Positions 29,010-40,673 of a stretch of 64,000 nt of DNA are shown here, piece after piece. The notes under the pieces are model-generated. The model did no database searches, was not told the DNA's origin, and was given only the letters and a program-made list of their open reading frames with translations. Source of the DNA: Octopus sinensis (Eukaryota); the NCBI RefSeq assembly GCF_006345805.1, contig NC_043018.1, positions 28,024,001-28,088,000 on the forward strand, given 5' to 3'. The position numbers were made by a program, and so were the translations under genes. Every line of letters begins with the position of its first letter. Position 1 is the first letter of the stretch.

Positions 29010-29700
29010 GCGAGCTGGCAGAAACGTTAGCACGCCGGGCGAAATGCTTAGCGGTATTTCGTCTGCCGCTACGTTCTGAGTTGAAATTACGCCGAGGTCG
29101 ACTTTGCCGTTCATGCTTTCGGGGTCGATAAAAGAACTACCAGTTACGCACTGGGGTCGATATAATCGACTTAATCCGTTTGTATGTCCTTGTTTGTCCC
29201 CTCTGTGTGTAGTCCCTTTTGGGCAGTAAAGAAATAGGTATGTCGTTTGTCTCTACGTTCTGAGTTCAAATTCCGCCAAGGTCGATTTTGCCTTTCATTC
29301 TTTCGGGGTCGATAAATCAAGTACCAGTTGTGTACTGTAATGATCTAATCGACTGGCCCCCTTCCCACCAAATTTCAGTCCTTGTGCCTAGAGTAGAATA
29401 GAAAATAAAGTGGTTGTTTCTTCAACTCAAAATTGTTGGCCTTGTCCCATTATTTCAAACAAATCTATTATTATGACCATCAATGTGGTGAGCTGGCAGA
29501 ACCGTTAGGATGTTGGACAAAACGCTTAGCCGGGTTTCTTCTGGCTATTCACGTTCTGAGATGACATTCCTTCGAGGTGAACCTTGCTATTATTTCCACC
29601 GGGGTCGATAGAATAAAGTATTAGTCAAGTATTTAGGTCAATTTAATCGGTTTGCTTACTCTCTCTCTCTCTCTCTCATCAAAAATGCTGGCCTTGAGTT
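29010..29700 (+). mobile_element. Three consecutive SINE family B copies (29010-29235, 29240-29398, 29483-29700)
   Basis: acgttctgag(tt)..aaatt.cgccgaggtcga..ggggtcgata occurs three times; the first copy is complete from gcgagctggcagaaacgttagc. Confidence 0.85.
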
Positions 29701-30141
29701 CTATAACGGAACACATTATTTCCTGCTGCTCCCGTTCAGTCAGCTGTAGAAATGAGTTTCAACATCACTGGTGCCAAGCTGTATCGGTCTTTGCCTTTCC
29801 CTTGGATAACATCTGTAACGTGGAGAAAGGGGACTGGTATGCACAGGTAACAGTTAGAAAGGAAATTTCTTGGTGCAGTCCCATGGTCATTTATGACCGA
29901 AGGTGTCTTTACCTTTTATATAGATATATATTTACACATACATTCATGCATACAATTTTACAAACTGTATATGTATATGTATTCATTGGTGTCTATTTAT
30001 GTCTTTCCATATCCCATAACACGTGTATTTGAAAAACTAAACAGCGAAAGCAAACCTCACTGTCATAGAGTTAGTGACATTTTCTTGATTTTAAATATTT
30101 TTTATGTAATTAATATAAATTTTGTTTTAAGAAAATATTCT

Positions 30142-30194
<53 letters not shown>

Positions 30195-30196
<2 letters not shown>

Positions 30197-30440
30197 ATAA
30201 AATAAATGACAGGGACAAGAACATGAAACACCACAGAGACGACAAAGCAGGACGGGACATTCGAAGCCCTCAGTCATCAGTCAAGAACCAGATCATCTAG
30301 CAATTTCGGCTGATTAATCTTGAGATTGCTCCGATATGGCCAGCCAGCCAAGGGAAATTAAGCCAAGCGCATAGATCCCCTGAGAAAGCTTCGAATGTAT
30401 ACAACGAAAGGACGGAAAACGATCGAAGTACACAAATATA
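30195..30440 (-). mobile_element. Short element with hammerhead core motifs in atypical order (copy 2); short inverted repeat acattcgaagc/gcttcgaatgt
   Basis: Homologous motif blocks to 10160-10350; pyrimidine-rich minus-strand tail abuts (TA)n at about 30190. Confidence 0.55.
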
Positions 30441-31006
30441 TATATATATATGCAATGCCGCTATCTCTATGAGGTCAAGCGACTGGGTCGGAACTTCCTC
30501 CATTGGCAGGAGATTTGAGTGGCTGCTGTTCTTGTTGCGATGCTGAAGTTCGAGGTAATAGCATTGGAAGGTCGTAGTGGTGGAAGCGATGGCAGGGGTG
30601 GTGTGTTGTGGCAGGCAGCGATGTTGTTGCCGTTGTTGTTGTTTGTGGTAGCGGTGGTGGTGGTGGGGGCACAGCATGTACTGTTGAACAAAGATGGAGG
30701 AGAGAAGGTAAGGTGTGGGGGTTAGGGGTTGGAGTAAATATACTTTTGCGAAAGGCGTGGTCCTTGAAAACATCAAAAGCTGCACACAGAAGTTAAAATA
30801 GGAAACAACAACAACAGCAGCAGCAACAACAAGAACAACTACAATAATAATGGTAACAGCGTTAACAATAAGTAAATAAAATAAGAGAAACAAACAGTTG
30901 CCAAAAGAAAAAGAAAATATTCCCGGCGACACAAATCCTTTAAAAGGTTGTCTCCTTAAGCCGCGCTCAATATTTATATCTTATGTATGTGTGTGTGTGT
31001 ATGTGT

Positions 31007-31039
<33 letters not shown>

Positions 31040-31842
31040 AGTGTGTATGCTTGTATGTATGTTTGTATATACGTATGTTTGTATGTTTCTATGTATTTGC
31101 GTATGTGCTTGTATGTATGTGCATCTGTGTGTATGTGTGTATCTGTGTTTATATGTGTGCGCGTGTGTCTGTGTATGCGTGTATGTATGGTTGTATGTAT
31201 ATGTGTATGTGTTTGTATATATGTTTGTATGTATGTGTATCTGTGTGTTTATGTGTATCTGTGTGTATATTTCTGCGCGTTTGTCTGTGTATGCGTGTAT
31301 GTATGGTTGTATGTATATGTGTATGTGTTTGTATATATGTTTGTATGTATGTGTATCTGTGTGTATGTGTGTATCTGTGTGTATATGTGTGCACGTGTGT
31401 CTGTGCATGCGTGTATGTATGGTTGTATGTATATGTGTATGTGTTTGTATATATGTTTGTATGTACGTGTATATGTGTGTATATGTGTCTGTGTGTCTTT
31501 GTATGCTTGTATTTATGTATGTAGGTTTATATGTTTGTATGTATGTATGTATGTGTGCATATATGTTGGTATATATGTATGTTTGGATATATGTAAGCGT
31601 GTATGTGTGTGTATGTATGTATATTTGTATGTACCTTTATATGTACGTGTGTATGTATGCTTCCATGTTTATATGTATGTATGTGTGCATATATTCATAT
31701 GTACATGTATCTCTATGCATGATGCTACATATGTTTCTAAGGATAAATGTGTATTCACATACGTATGCTTGTATGCATTGTGTTTATTATATATATATAT
31801 ATATAATATATATATATATATACATATCTATTTATTTATTTA

Positions 31843-31904
<62 letters not shown>

Positions 31905-31986
31905 TATAAAAACTAAATAGAAAGATATATATATATATAGATAGCGAGTAGATTAGGTAGGCAAATATATGTATATAATAATAGCA

Positions 31987-32060
<74 letters not shown>

Positions 32061-32099
32061 TGTGTGTGTGTATAAACACAACACACACACACATACATA

Positions 32100-32558
32100 C
32101 AGGTCGTCATCACCTTACGACCGCAATTGGTTCCGACTGAGTGGTCGTAAGTCGATTTGGTCGTAAGTCGGGCTATCGTCCTACAACGATTTGTTTCAGA
32201 TTTTTACATTCTTAATGTTCATTCTCAGGTAAAAGTCATACACAGCATTCTATATTATACTATTATATTGGTGTTAGTCAAAAGTGTCGGAGTCTCATGC
32301 AGTCGTCATATAAACAAATACGACGTTGCCTCGATGTCACCGCGACAGGATAATTATCCAACACAGTGGTGATCCATAACGGAACCAAGAGGAAGCTTTT
32401 GTTAGTTGACATCATCCGTGGAAAGGTTAATTTCTAAGAAATTAGCCAAATAGATTTCAACTGGACTATATATTATTGCAGCCGACAGATGACGCGCCAA
32501 TCGTTGTAAAGTCTATCGGACGTAAGTCGGACAAACCTTAAGTCGGCGATGACCGCTA
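32100..32558. mobile_element. Degenerate MITE-like element, possibly pogo/Tigger-related
   Basis: Left TA|caggtcgtcatcaccttacgacc with repeated cgtaagtcg; right end repeats cgtaagtcgg/taagtcggcgatgacc; tacaacgatt/aatcgttgta inverted pair. Confidence 0.4.
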
Positions 32559-32574
32559 TGCATAATATATATAT

Positions 32575-32620
<46 letters not shown>

Positions 32621-33114
32621 TTATCTGTGAATGTACGCATATCTGTCTTTGAAGGAATCATATAAATGAATTTTGAATATAAGAAAATGTGTGTTTTATA
32701 GCTACCATCTAAATCTAGATTTTACAATGCCTGCTCGACTCCTCAGCCAGTGTTCAAATGTAAAGATGCTCCTGCTACAAAAACGGTAAAAATATGAGGA
32801 GTAATATATATTTGTATGTGAGTGTGCGTGTGTGTGTGTGTGTGTGTGTGCGTGTGGTTGCTTGTGTGTGTGTACGCGCGCATGTTTGTGTGTGTGTGTA
32901 TGTTCAATCTAGTCGGTGTTTGGACCAAACACAGACACCAAAACATACACACAGAAACACTGAAACGCATACGTGCAAGCATGCGCGTGCACAAATAAAC
33001 ACCTATACATATATCATATTATATACATACATACATACATATATATATGTGTGTGTATGTATGTGTTTGTGTATAAATATATATATATATGTATATATTA
33101 TACATATATTTATA

Positions 33115-33160
<46 letters not shown>

Positions 33161-33189
33161 ATAATATTATATATATATATATAATATAT

Positions 33190-33224
<35 letters not shown>

Positions 33225-33225
33225 A

Positions 33226-33355
33226 AGGGCTTCTTCCAGTTCCTTTCTGCAGAATCCACTGACAAAGTACTGGTGGACCCCAGGCAATGTCAGAAGACAC
33301 CTTTCCAAGGTGTCCCGCAATGAGACTGAACCCGGAACTATGTGGGTCGGAAGCA
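33226..33355 (-). mobile_element. SINE family A, decayed 5' fragment
   Basis: gggcttcttccagtt..agaagacacctttccaaggtg..gactgaacccggaactatgtgg. Confidence 0.7.
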
Positions 33356-34140
33356 AAGGGAAGAGATTCAATGGTTGCACATAAAACTGGTGAAGCTTTG
33401 TCTTAAAACTAAGAAACGTGAAAATACGTGGAAACCTGGTCCTGGACAGGCATTAAATGGTAAACGTAAAGAAGAAAAATAAAGAAATGGGGGAGGCTTA
33501 GACATTTTTAGCTGTGATAACGAACGATTATGATTGTAAAGATCAGGATGATGATGAGGAGGAGGATGACGATGATGATCATGATGATCATGATGATGAG
33601 GAGGAGGAGGAGAAGGAGTTCGATGACTACGCTGATGTCGGTGATGATGGTGATGATGCTGATACTGCTGTTGCTGATAATGAGGATGATGATAATGAAG
33701 AGGGGAGGAGGAGGAGGAGGAAGAGAAGGATGGGGAGGGGGAGTTCGAGAACTACACCGATGGCGATGAAGATAGTGATGATGCAACTGCTGCTGCTGCT
33801 GCTGATGATGATTATGATGATGCTGGTGATGGTGACATTGAATATGATGAAGACAACGACCATGACAATGACGACATCGATGATGACGGTGACGACGACG
33901 ACGACGATGTGGAGGAGGTGGCAAAGGAGGTAGAGGTGGGGAGGATGACAGTGACGATGTTGACGGTGATGTTGTTGTTGATATTAGGGGTGGTGAAGTT
34001 GGTCGCGGTTGCAGTGCTCGTGGTGCCAGTGAAACTGATAATGCTACTAGCAATTTGGAGGACAATGATGGTAACTGCATGACGTCATTGACACCACTAA
34101 GCGGTTCTAATAACACCCACACTTTCTCTTTCACTTTCGC

Positions 34141-34617
34141 CCAATGGTTTCTCTACATGGCAGAATTAATAGTCAAGACTATTTAAGCATCTTATTTGAT
34201 CAAATTCATCCTGTAGTTGTGGAACTGTTTCCGGAGGGAAACGCAATCTTTGAGGATGATAATGCGCCAATTCAGGCAGATAAAGTTGTTACTGAATGTT
34301 ACGAGGAACATTCTAGTGAAGTTGGACATCTTATCTGGTCACCACAGTCCCCAGTTCTCAATATTATTGAACATTTATGGTGCATTTTAGAAAACGAAAT
34401 CAGGAGTCGATATCATCCTCAATCATCACTACAAGAACTGGAGACTGTTTTCGTTTGAGACTGGACGAAAATGCCTTTGGAAACAATTCAAACTTTGTAT
34501 GAGTCCATACCTCATAGAATTCAAGCTGTAATTACTGACAAGTGCGGTCCTACTCCATATTAAAATTAATTTGTTTGAAACTTTAAGGTGTTTTCCTTAT
34601 TTTGCCCAGCCTTTGTA
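34141..34617 (+). mobile_element. Tc1-like transposon 3' fragment (transposase C-terminus plus right end)
   Basis: GRINSQDYLSIL..IFEDDNAPI..WSPQSPVLNIIEHLW..LQELE..*..IQTLYESIPHRIQAVI..GPTPY*, then TIR-like gtgttttccttattttgcccagcctttg|TA. Confidence 0.9.
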
Positions 34618-34701
34618 TGTATAAAACTAGAAACAAACACAAGAAGTCAGAAGCAGATAAAAGAAATAATATACACACACACACACACACATATTCACAC
34701 A

Positions 34702-34744
<43 letters not shown>

Positions 34745-34746
34745 AC

Positions 34747-34791
<45 letters not shown>

Positions 34792-34793
<2 letters not shown>

Positions 34794-34950
34794 GACTAGC
34801 TTCTTTCAGTTTCCGTCTACCAAATCCATTCACAACACAAGGCTTGGATCGGCCCGAGGCTATAGAAGAAAACAGTTGCCCAAGGTGTCACGCAGTGGGA
34901 CTGAACCCAAAGCATGTGGTTGTGAAGCAAGCTTCTTAACACGCAGCTAA
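34792..34950 (-). mobile_element. SINE family A, 5' half
   Basis: cttctttcagtttccgtctaccaaatcc..cccaaggtgtcacgcagtgggactgaaccc. Confidence 0.85.
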
Positions 34951-35033
34951 GCCTATATATATATACATATTGTATGTATGTATGTATGTATGTATATATG
35001 TACGTATATATATATATATATATAATATATAAT

Positions 35034-35073
<40 letters not shown>

Positions 35074-35106
35074 TATATAATGTATATATATATATATATA
35101 TATATA

Positions 35107-35155
<49 letters not shown>

Positions 35156-36208
35156 TATGTATATATATATGTATGTATTAAATTCATCATCATCTTCATC
35201 ACCCTTATCTTCTTCTTCATCACTTGCTCACCCGCCTCCACTCCCTCCCCTTTTATATTGCTCATCATCATCATCTTCTTCACCTCATCCCTTTTCTTCT
35301 ACATCTCCTCCTTCTCCTCCACCATCCCCACCTTCATCTTCATGTCGTCCTTCTCTTCCTTCATCACCTTCATATATTCATTTCCCACTCCTCGTCTCCC
35401 GGTGTTGTTGCAGTTCTTGTTGCTGTTGTGGCTTTTGTATTTGTATTTGTTGTTGTTTCTCTTCTTCTTCTTCTTTCCCCACCTCTTTCTCCTATTCCTC
35501 TCCTCCTCACACCCTCCCTCCATCCCTCCCTCCATCCCTCCCTCCATCCCTCCATTTCCCATACACGCATTCCGCTCTCTGATGGGATTTAACTTGTATG
35601 ATGTGGACGTAGAATTTCAAAATTAGCCAACGTGTCACGGAACATTCCGTTTATATATGTTACACAGAAATTGAGAATTATCAAGACCAACCTTGTACAA
35701 CGGATCATTGATGCGTGAACTTGTTGTCATCTCTCTCTCACTCTCTCTCTCTCTCTCTCGCTCCCACAAACACAAACACATACACATACTTGCACACACA
35801 CACACACACACACGTACACACACAAACGCACACACACATACATAGGCATACGCATACACACATGCCAAGTATTGTTCTCTCACATGCAGACACACAAACA
35901 AGCGTTCGCAGAGACACATATCTAAATAGATACGAAAATATAGTCTCTCTCTCTCTCTTTCTTTCTCTCTCTTTCTCTATCTCTCTCACACACTTTCCTT
36001 ACGTGTGTCTCATTCACTCTCTCTCCCTCCCCCCCTATCTCCTTTTCTCTCTCTCTTTCTGCATATACATATGCTTATTTGCATATAATATATACAATTT
36101 TATATACATACGTACATGGATGCACACATATATTCATATATTCACACATACGCGCGTGCACACACATACATACACATACATATACATATATAAATTCATA
36201 TACATATG

Positions 36209-36244
<36 letters not shown>

Positions 36245-36509
36245 TTCACATATAATGTGCCTAAGTTGTGTTAAATATACAGAAACATTCCGTCTTACTC
36301 AGCACTGTATGGAGAAACGAAACTTCAATCCTAAAAAGAAGATTGAAAAATATCAAAAATCAGACACACACATTTATGTATATGCTTGCGTTTATATCTA
36401 TATATATTTGTGTGTGTATATCTATCTCTTTATGTATGTATGTTTGTACGTATGTATGTATCTATCTATCTATCTATATATATATATTATTATATATAAT
36501 ATATATGTA

Positions 36510-36597
<88 letters not shown>

Positions 36598-36612
36598 GTG
36601 TGTTGTTTGCAT

Positions 36613-36918
36613 GGAGGCGCAATGGCCCAGTAGTTAGAGCAGCGGATTCGCGGTCGTAGGATCGCGGTTTCGATTCCCAGACCTAGCATTGCGATTGTTT
36701 ATTGAACGAAAACACCTGAAACTCCACAACGCTCCGGCAGGGGGTGGTGGCAATCCCTGCTGTACTCTTTCGCCACAACTTTCTCTCACTCTTTCTTCTG
36801 TTGGCCTGCTCGCTTAGCCCGCTGGGTGGCGTCATTTGAAGGCTAAAACAAAACAATGTGAAGTGCATTGTGATCAGTGATGTGTAGCAACATCTGACAG
36901 CCTGGTCGGTCACGGTGA
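36613..36918 (+). mobile_element. SINE family D variant (alternative 3' tail)
   Basis: Head ggcgcaatggcccagtagttagagcagcgg..tttcgattccc and body ctccggcag..ctctttcgccacaactttctctcactct are shared with 46652-46950; the tail differs. Confidence 0.85.
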
Positions 36919-37150
36919 TGACTTTTGCATAATGCAAGGATATGTATGTATTTGTATATATATATATATATATATGCATATATATATATATATATATAAA
37001 AATAATATATATATATATATATATTAATAAAAAGAATTCCAACATTGTCTGATTTTCACGTTTTATTTACAATCTATAATGATATAATATAAGATAATAT
37101 AATATAATAAAATAAAATAAAATGATAGAAGTTTAAATGTTCGTTCTGAT

Positions 37151-37194
37151 TGAACTAGTACTTTCATGCATTAAATTGTGCAATCTCAGGTTCA
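37151..37194 (-). ncRNA. Minimal type I hammerhead motif (1-nt core deletion)
   Basis: TGAAC|CTGA-GA|TTGCA CAATTTAA TGCAT|GAAA|GTAC|TA|GTTCA. Confidence 0.75.
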
Positions 37195-37272
37195 TGTAGT
37201 AGTGGTGACAGTCATGCTTCACAATTTTTGACAGTGAAAAAATGGTGAAGCATGACTGTCACCACTACTACA

Positions 37273-37317
37273 TGAACCCGAAGATTGCAGAATTTAATGC
37301 ATGAAAGTACTAGTTCA
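37273..37317 (+). ncRNA. Minimal type I hammerhead motif (U4C)
   Basis: TGAAC|CCGAAGA|TTGCA GAATTTAA TGCAT|GAAA|GTAC|TA|GTTCA; predicted cleavage after 37312. Confidence 0.8.
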
Positions 37318-37469
37318 ATCAGAACGAACATTTAACATTCTATTATTTTATTTTATTTTATTATATTATATTATCTTATATTATATTATAATAAGATTGT
37401 AAATAAAACGTGAAAATCAGACAAGGTTGGAATTCCTTTTATTAATATATACACAATCACACACACCCG

Positions 37470-37522
<53 letters not shown>

Positions 37523-37753
37523 GTGTGTGTGCATGTATTTGTGTATGTGTGAGTTTAGGTGGATATAATATCCGGGTGGATATCGTATTAGCTCTCAGCT
37601 AAGTTCCAGTTAACCACAACGATTAGTATTTAGCACCTGTTGTTAGTCACTCCGTGAATTATTCCAATGGGAAATTCCGTGTACTCTTCACTGGACGGTG
37701 AAAATTGTCTAGAGTATTTATTTTTTAATAATAATAATAATAATAATAATAAC

Positions 37754-37788
<35 letters not shown>

Positions 37789-37864
37789 TAATAATAATAA
37801 TTGTTTGTAGCTGCATAAGATCAAGTATTAAGGACTAATTTGATAAAAGCCAAGTAGTTCCTCA

Positions 37865-38445
37865 AAACTAAGTAGTACCTCAATGTATATTATACAATGC
37901 AAAACAGGAAAACTTACTCACATAGTAAGTGAATGTAGCATGCTGGCACAGAAAGAATACAAGAAAAAACATGACAATCCAGGGAGGGTAATCCACTGTG
38001 AGTCATGCAGGAAGCTAAGATTGAAAGATACTGATATGAACATGAAGTTAGTAAAGTACTAGAAAGTAAGAAGCACAAGATGTTGTGGGACTTTAACAGC
38101 CAGACTGACAGATTAATAGAAGCTAGAAGGCTTGATACAGTAGTAGTAGATGAAGAGAGTAGAAAGTGCAAGAGAACTGACTTTATAATCCCAAATGATG
38201 AAAACATTTATATGAGAAGTATAGAAAAAATAGGAAAGTACTAGGACCTAGCTATTGAATTACAGAGACTATGGAAAGTGCGGCTAAAATGTATCCCAGT
38301 AGTTATAGGTGCATTGATTTGAAGGGATGGCTAGAGGAAATAGGCTTCAAATCCAGTTTAGTGCAGCTGCAGAAAAGTGCTATTAGGAACAGCTAGGATA
38401 CTAAGGAGATTTCCTGACATCTAAGGTTACTTGTTGCCCGATGTT
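37865..38445 (+). mobile_element. R4/Dong-type (RLE) non-LTR retrotransposon, decayed 3' end
   Basis: HIVSECSMLAQKEYKKKHDN (zinc-knuckle end); KMLWDFNSQTDRLIEARRLDTVVVD..EKIGKY*DLAIELQRLWKVRLKCIPVVIGAL (restriction-like endonuclease). Confidence 0.88.
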
Positions 38446-38496
38446 AGTTTTTTTTTCTTTTCCATCAGTCTAATCTGTTGAGTGTATATGAAAATA

Positions 38497-38552
<56 letters not shown>

Positions 38553-38562
38553 TATATATATA

Positions 38563-38721
38563 TCCTTCTTTTTCTCTCCTGTTTTTTTTTGTCCTTTCTG
38601 TAGAAGAGCGTAGGCTCGAAACGTAAAAGACTTTTTCTATTCCTGAGCGTTATACTAATACTTCTGTTGTTTTGTACGCCACCTGTCTTCGTCTTTGCTT
38701 TTTTCGTAACTTTCCCTATAT
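38563..38721 (+). mobile_element. About 160-bp (TA)n-flanked element with non-canonical hammerhead-like motif (38594-38629)
   Basis: CTTT|CTGTAGAA|GAGC GTAG GCTC|GAAA|CG|TA|AAAG; sibling of 19457-19615. Confidence 0.65.
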
Positions 38722-38849
38722 TATATATATATATATATATAATATATATATATAATATATATATATATGGAAACATAATTATTTCTCATTCTCTCAGAGA
38801 GTGATATGCAGTTACATATCTTTAAAGTAAACATTTGCCAACATAATGT

Positions 38850-39890
38850 GGCTGTCCTGGAAGCGACGATTGTTACTGTCTTTTTATTGCAGCCCTTATT
38901 TGTTCCACGTACTTATCGAGACTTTTATTCACTTTTCCTAAGGCTCCGACAATTATTGTTACTACTGCTACCTTTTTCATCGAACACAACTGCTAAACTT
39001 CCCAAGCTAACCTGTCATATCTCTCAACTTTTCTTTCCTCACTATCTCATACCTTGTTCTCGGCTGGGCATGCTATATCTATGATCCAGCATAGTTTGTT
39101 TTCTTTCTCAATTAAGACTATGTCTGGCTTCCTATTCTCTATCTTATGGTCGCACTGAATCATAAAATCCCATAAGATCTTTGTATTTCTATTTTCGACA
39201 ATACCTTTTTCTTTTCCTTCGAGAGCATTCTAACCCTGTCTGGATTCTTCTTTTCCACCATGGATCTTTCTTTCGTCACTCCCATTATGTTCCTTTTTCT
39301 TGGCATTATAACCCACGATTTCAGCTACAACAATACTTGCTGCTTTGATCAAATTACTTGTTTCTGTGATGTTGTTTGTTCTGACGTATTTCAAAATTTC
39401 ATTGACATATTTCGTTTCTTGGTTCAATTTCCATCGATCAACCTTTATAAGGTTGCAAATAATGTCGCTATCGTTCTCCTGTAGTCTTGCCTTTATTCTG
39501 TCTTAGATTGCCTTTTGTTCATTTGTCATGTCACCATTAGTTTTATTGCCTTCTTTTAGATCATCTCTATGTCTCTCATCAAGTAAACTACCACTGCTCC
39601 TTTCCTGTACTATGGGATTACTCTTATTAATAAGAATTGTATATATATATATATATATTTGTTATCATTGCTGCTATTTTCCATGATCCGACTTTTGATA
39701 GCTTCAAGTTCTATTTCTGTAAACCAACAATTTTTCTCTTACTGCTGAAGCTTCATCACATAGATTCTATTCCGTGAATGGAAACAGTCCCTTTTCTCTC
39801 CAATGATCATACATACGTTGTCGGCAACACCTAATTTGGGCACCATTTTCATCTATTGGGCTGCTCAGGTAGTAAGACTCTATGAGCACA
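38850..39890 (-). mobile_element. R4/Dong-type element: ORF N-terminus joined directly to the RLE domain, RT absent
   Basis: RQRMYDHWREKGLF..NLCD..RKNCWFTEIELEAIK..NITETSNLIKAASIVVAEIVG..DPWWKRRI, then after about 39200-39230 GIVEN..ILWDFMIQCDHKIENRKPDIVLIEKENKLCWIIDIACP..IIVGALG. Confidence 0.85.
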
Positions 39891-39922
39891 GCATTAATTT
39901 GCTTGCACCATTATTATTATTA

Positions 39923-39956
<34 letters not shown>

Positions 39957-40019
39957 GTAACCCCAAGACTGCGAGTTCAATTCCAGGCAGTGCCTTGAAT
40001 AAGAAATAATGATAATAAT

Positions 40020-40228
40020 AATTTATTTCTTTATTGCTCACAGGGGGATAAACATAGTGGGGAGAAACAAGGTCAGACAAAGGAATTAAGTCGATTACGA
40101 CGACTCCAGTGATTAACTGGTACTTATTTAATCGACCACGAAACGATGAAAAGCAAAGTCGACCTCGGTGAAATTTGAACTCAGAACGTTACGGCAGACG
40201 AAATACCGCTAGGCATTTTACCGGGCGT
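40020..40228 (-). mobile_element. SINE family B, near full length
   Basis: aagtcgattacg..gcaaagtcgacctcgg..tttgaactcagaacgttacggcagacgaaatacc. Confidence 0.88.
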
Positions 40229-40229
40229 G

Positions 40230-40283
<54 letters not shown>

Positions 40284-40622
40284 TCAACATCAGCAAAAAA
40301 AATACCTTAGGAATGAGACCCAAGGTTAGATTCAGAATACTACCAGGACACCTAATGAAGGCTGGAGAGTTAATCACCCGAAACTTTGTGGTAGCAACAA
40401 AGATGAGGACACATATCCGTCCAATGTAAATAATGTAAATAAGGTACCTATATATATATATATATTGTTGTATTTAGGAATGGTCATTTTGCCAGTTTAG
40501 CCAATAAATACAACAGTATCTGTTTCAACACACGATTTCACATCAAAAATCTTGCAAAACAAATATATATATACATGTATATATACATATATATATAAAA
40601 TAGAAAATATATATATATACAT

Positions 40623-40673
<51 letters not shown>

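Larger units (their letters stand above)
37022..37447. mobile_element. 426-bp near-perfect palindrome; each arm carries a minimal type I hammerhead motif
   Basis: tattaataaaaagaattccaac...gttggaattccttttattaata, centred near 37232; flanked by TA repeats. Confidence 0.9.

Noticed and set aside
30530-30565. TSNFSIAT as an eh1-like motif
   Set aside because: Lacks the conserved IL positions; no compatible donor found.
30898-31916. 200-300 aa YVCM/YI-type ORFs, and many similar ones at 12.2, 22, 35.7, 40.8, 43.6, 49 and 62.8-63.9 kb
   Set aside because: Di-, tri- and tetranucleotide microsatellite translations.
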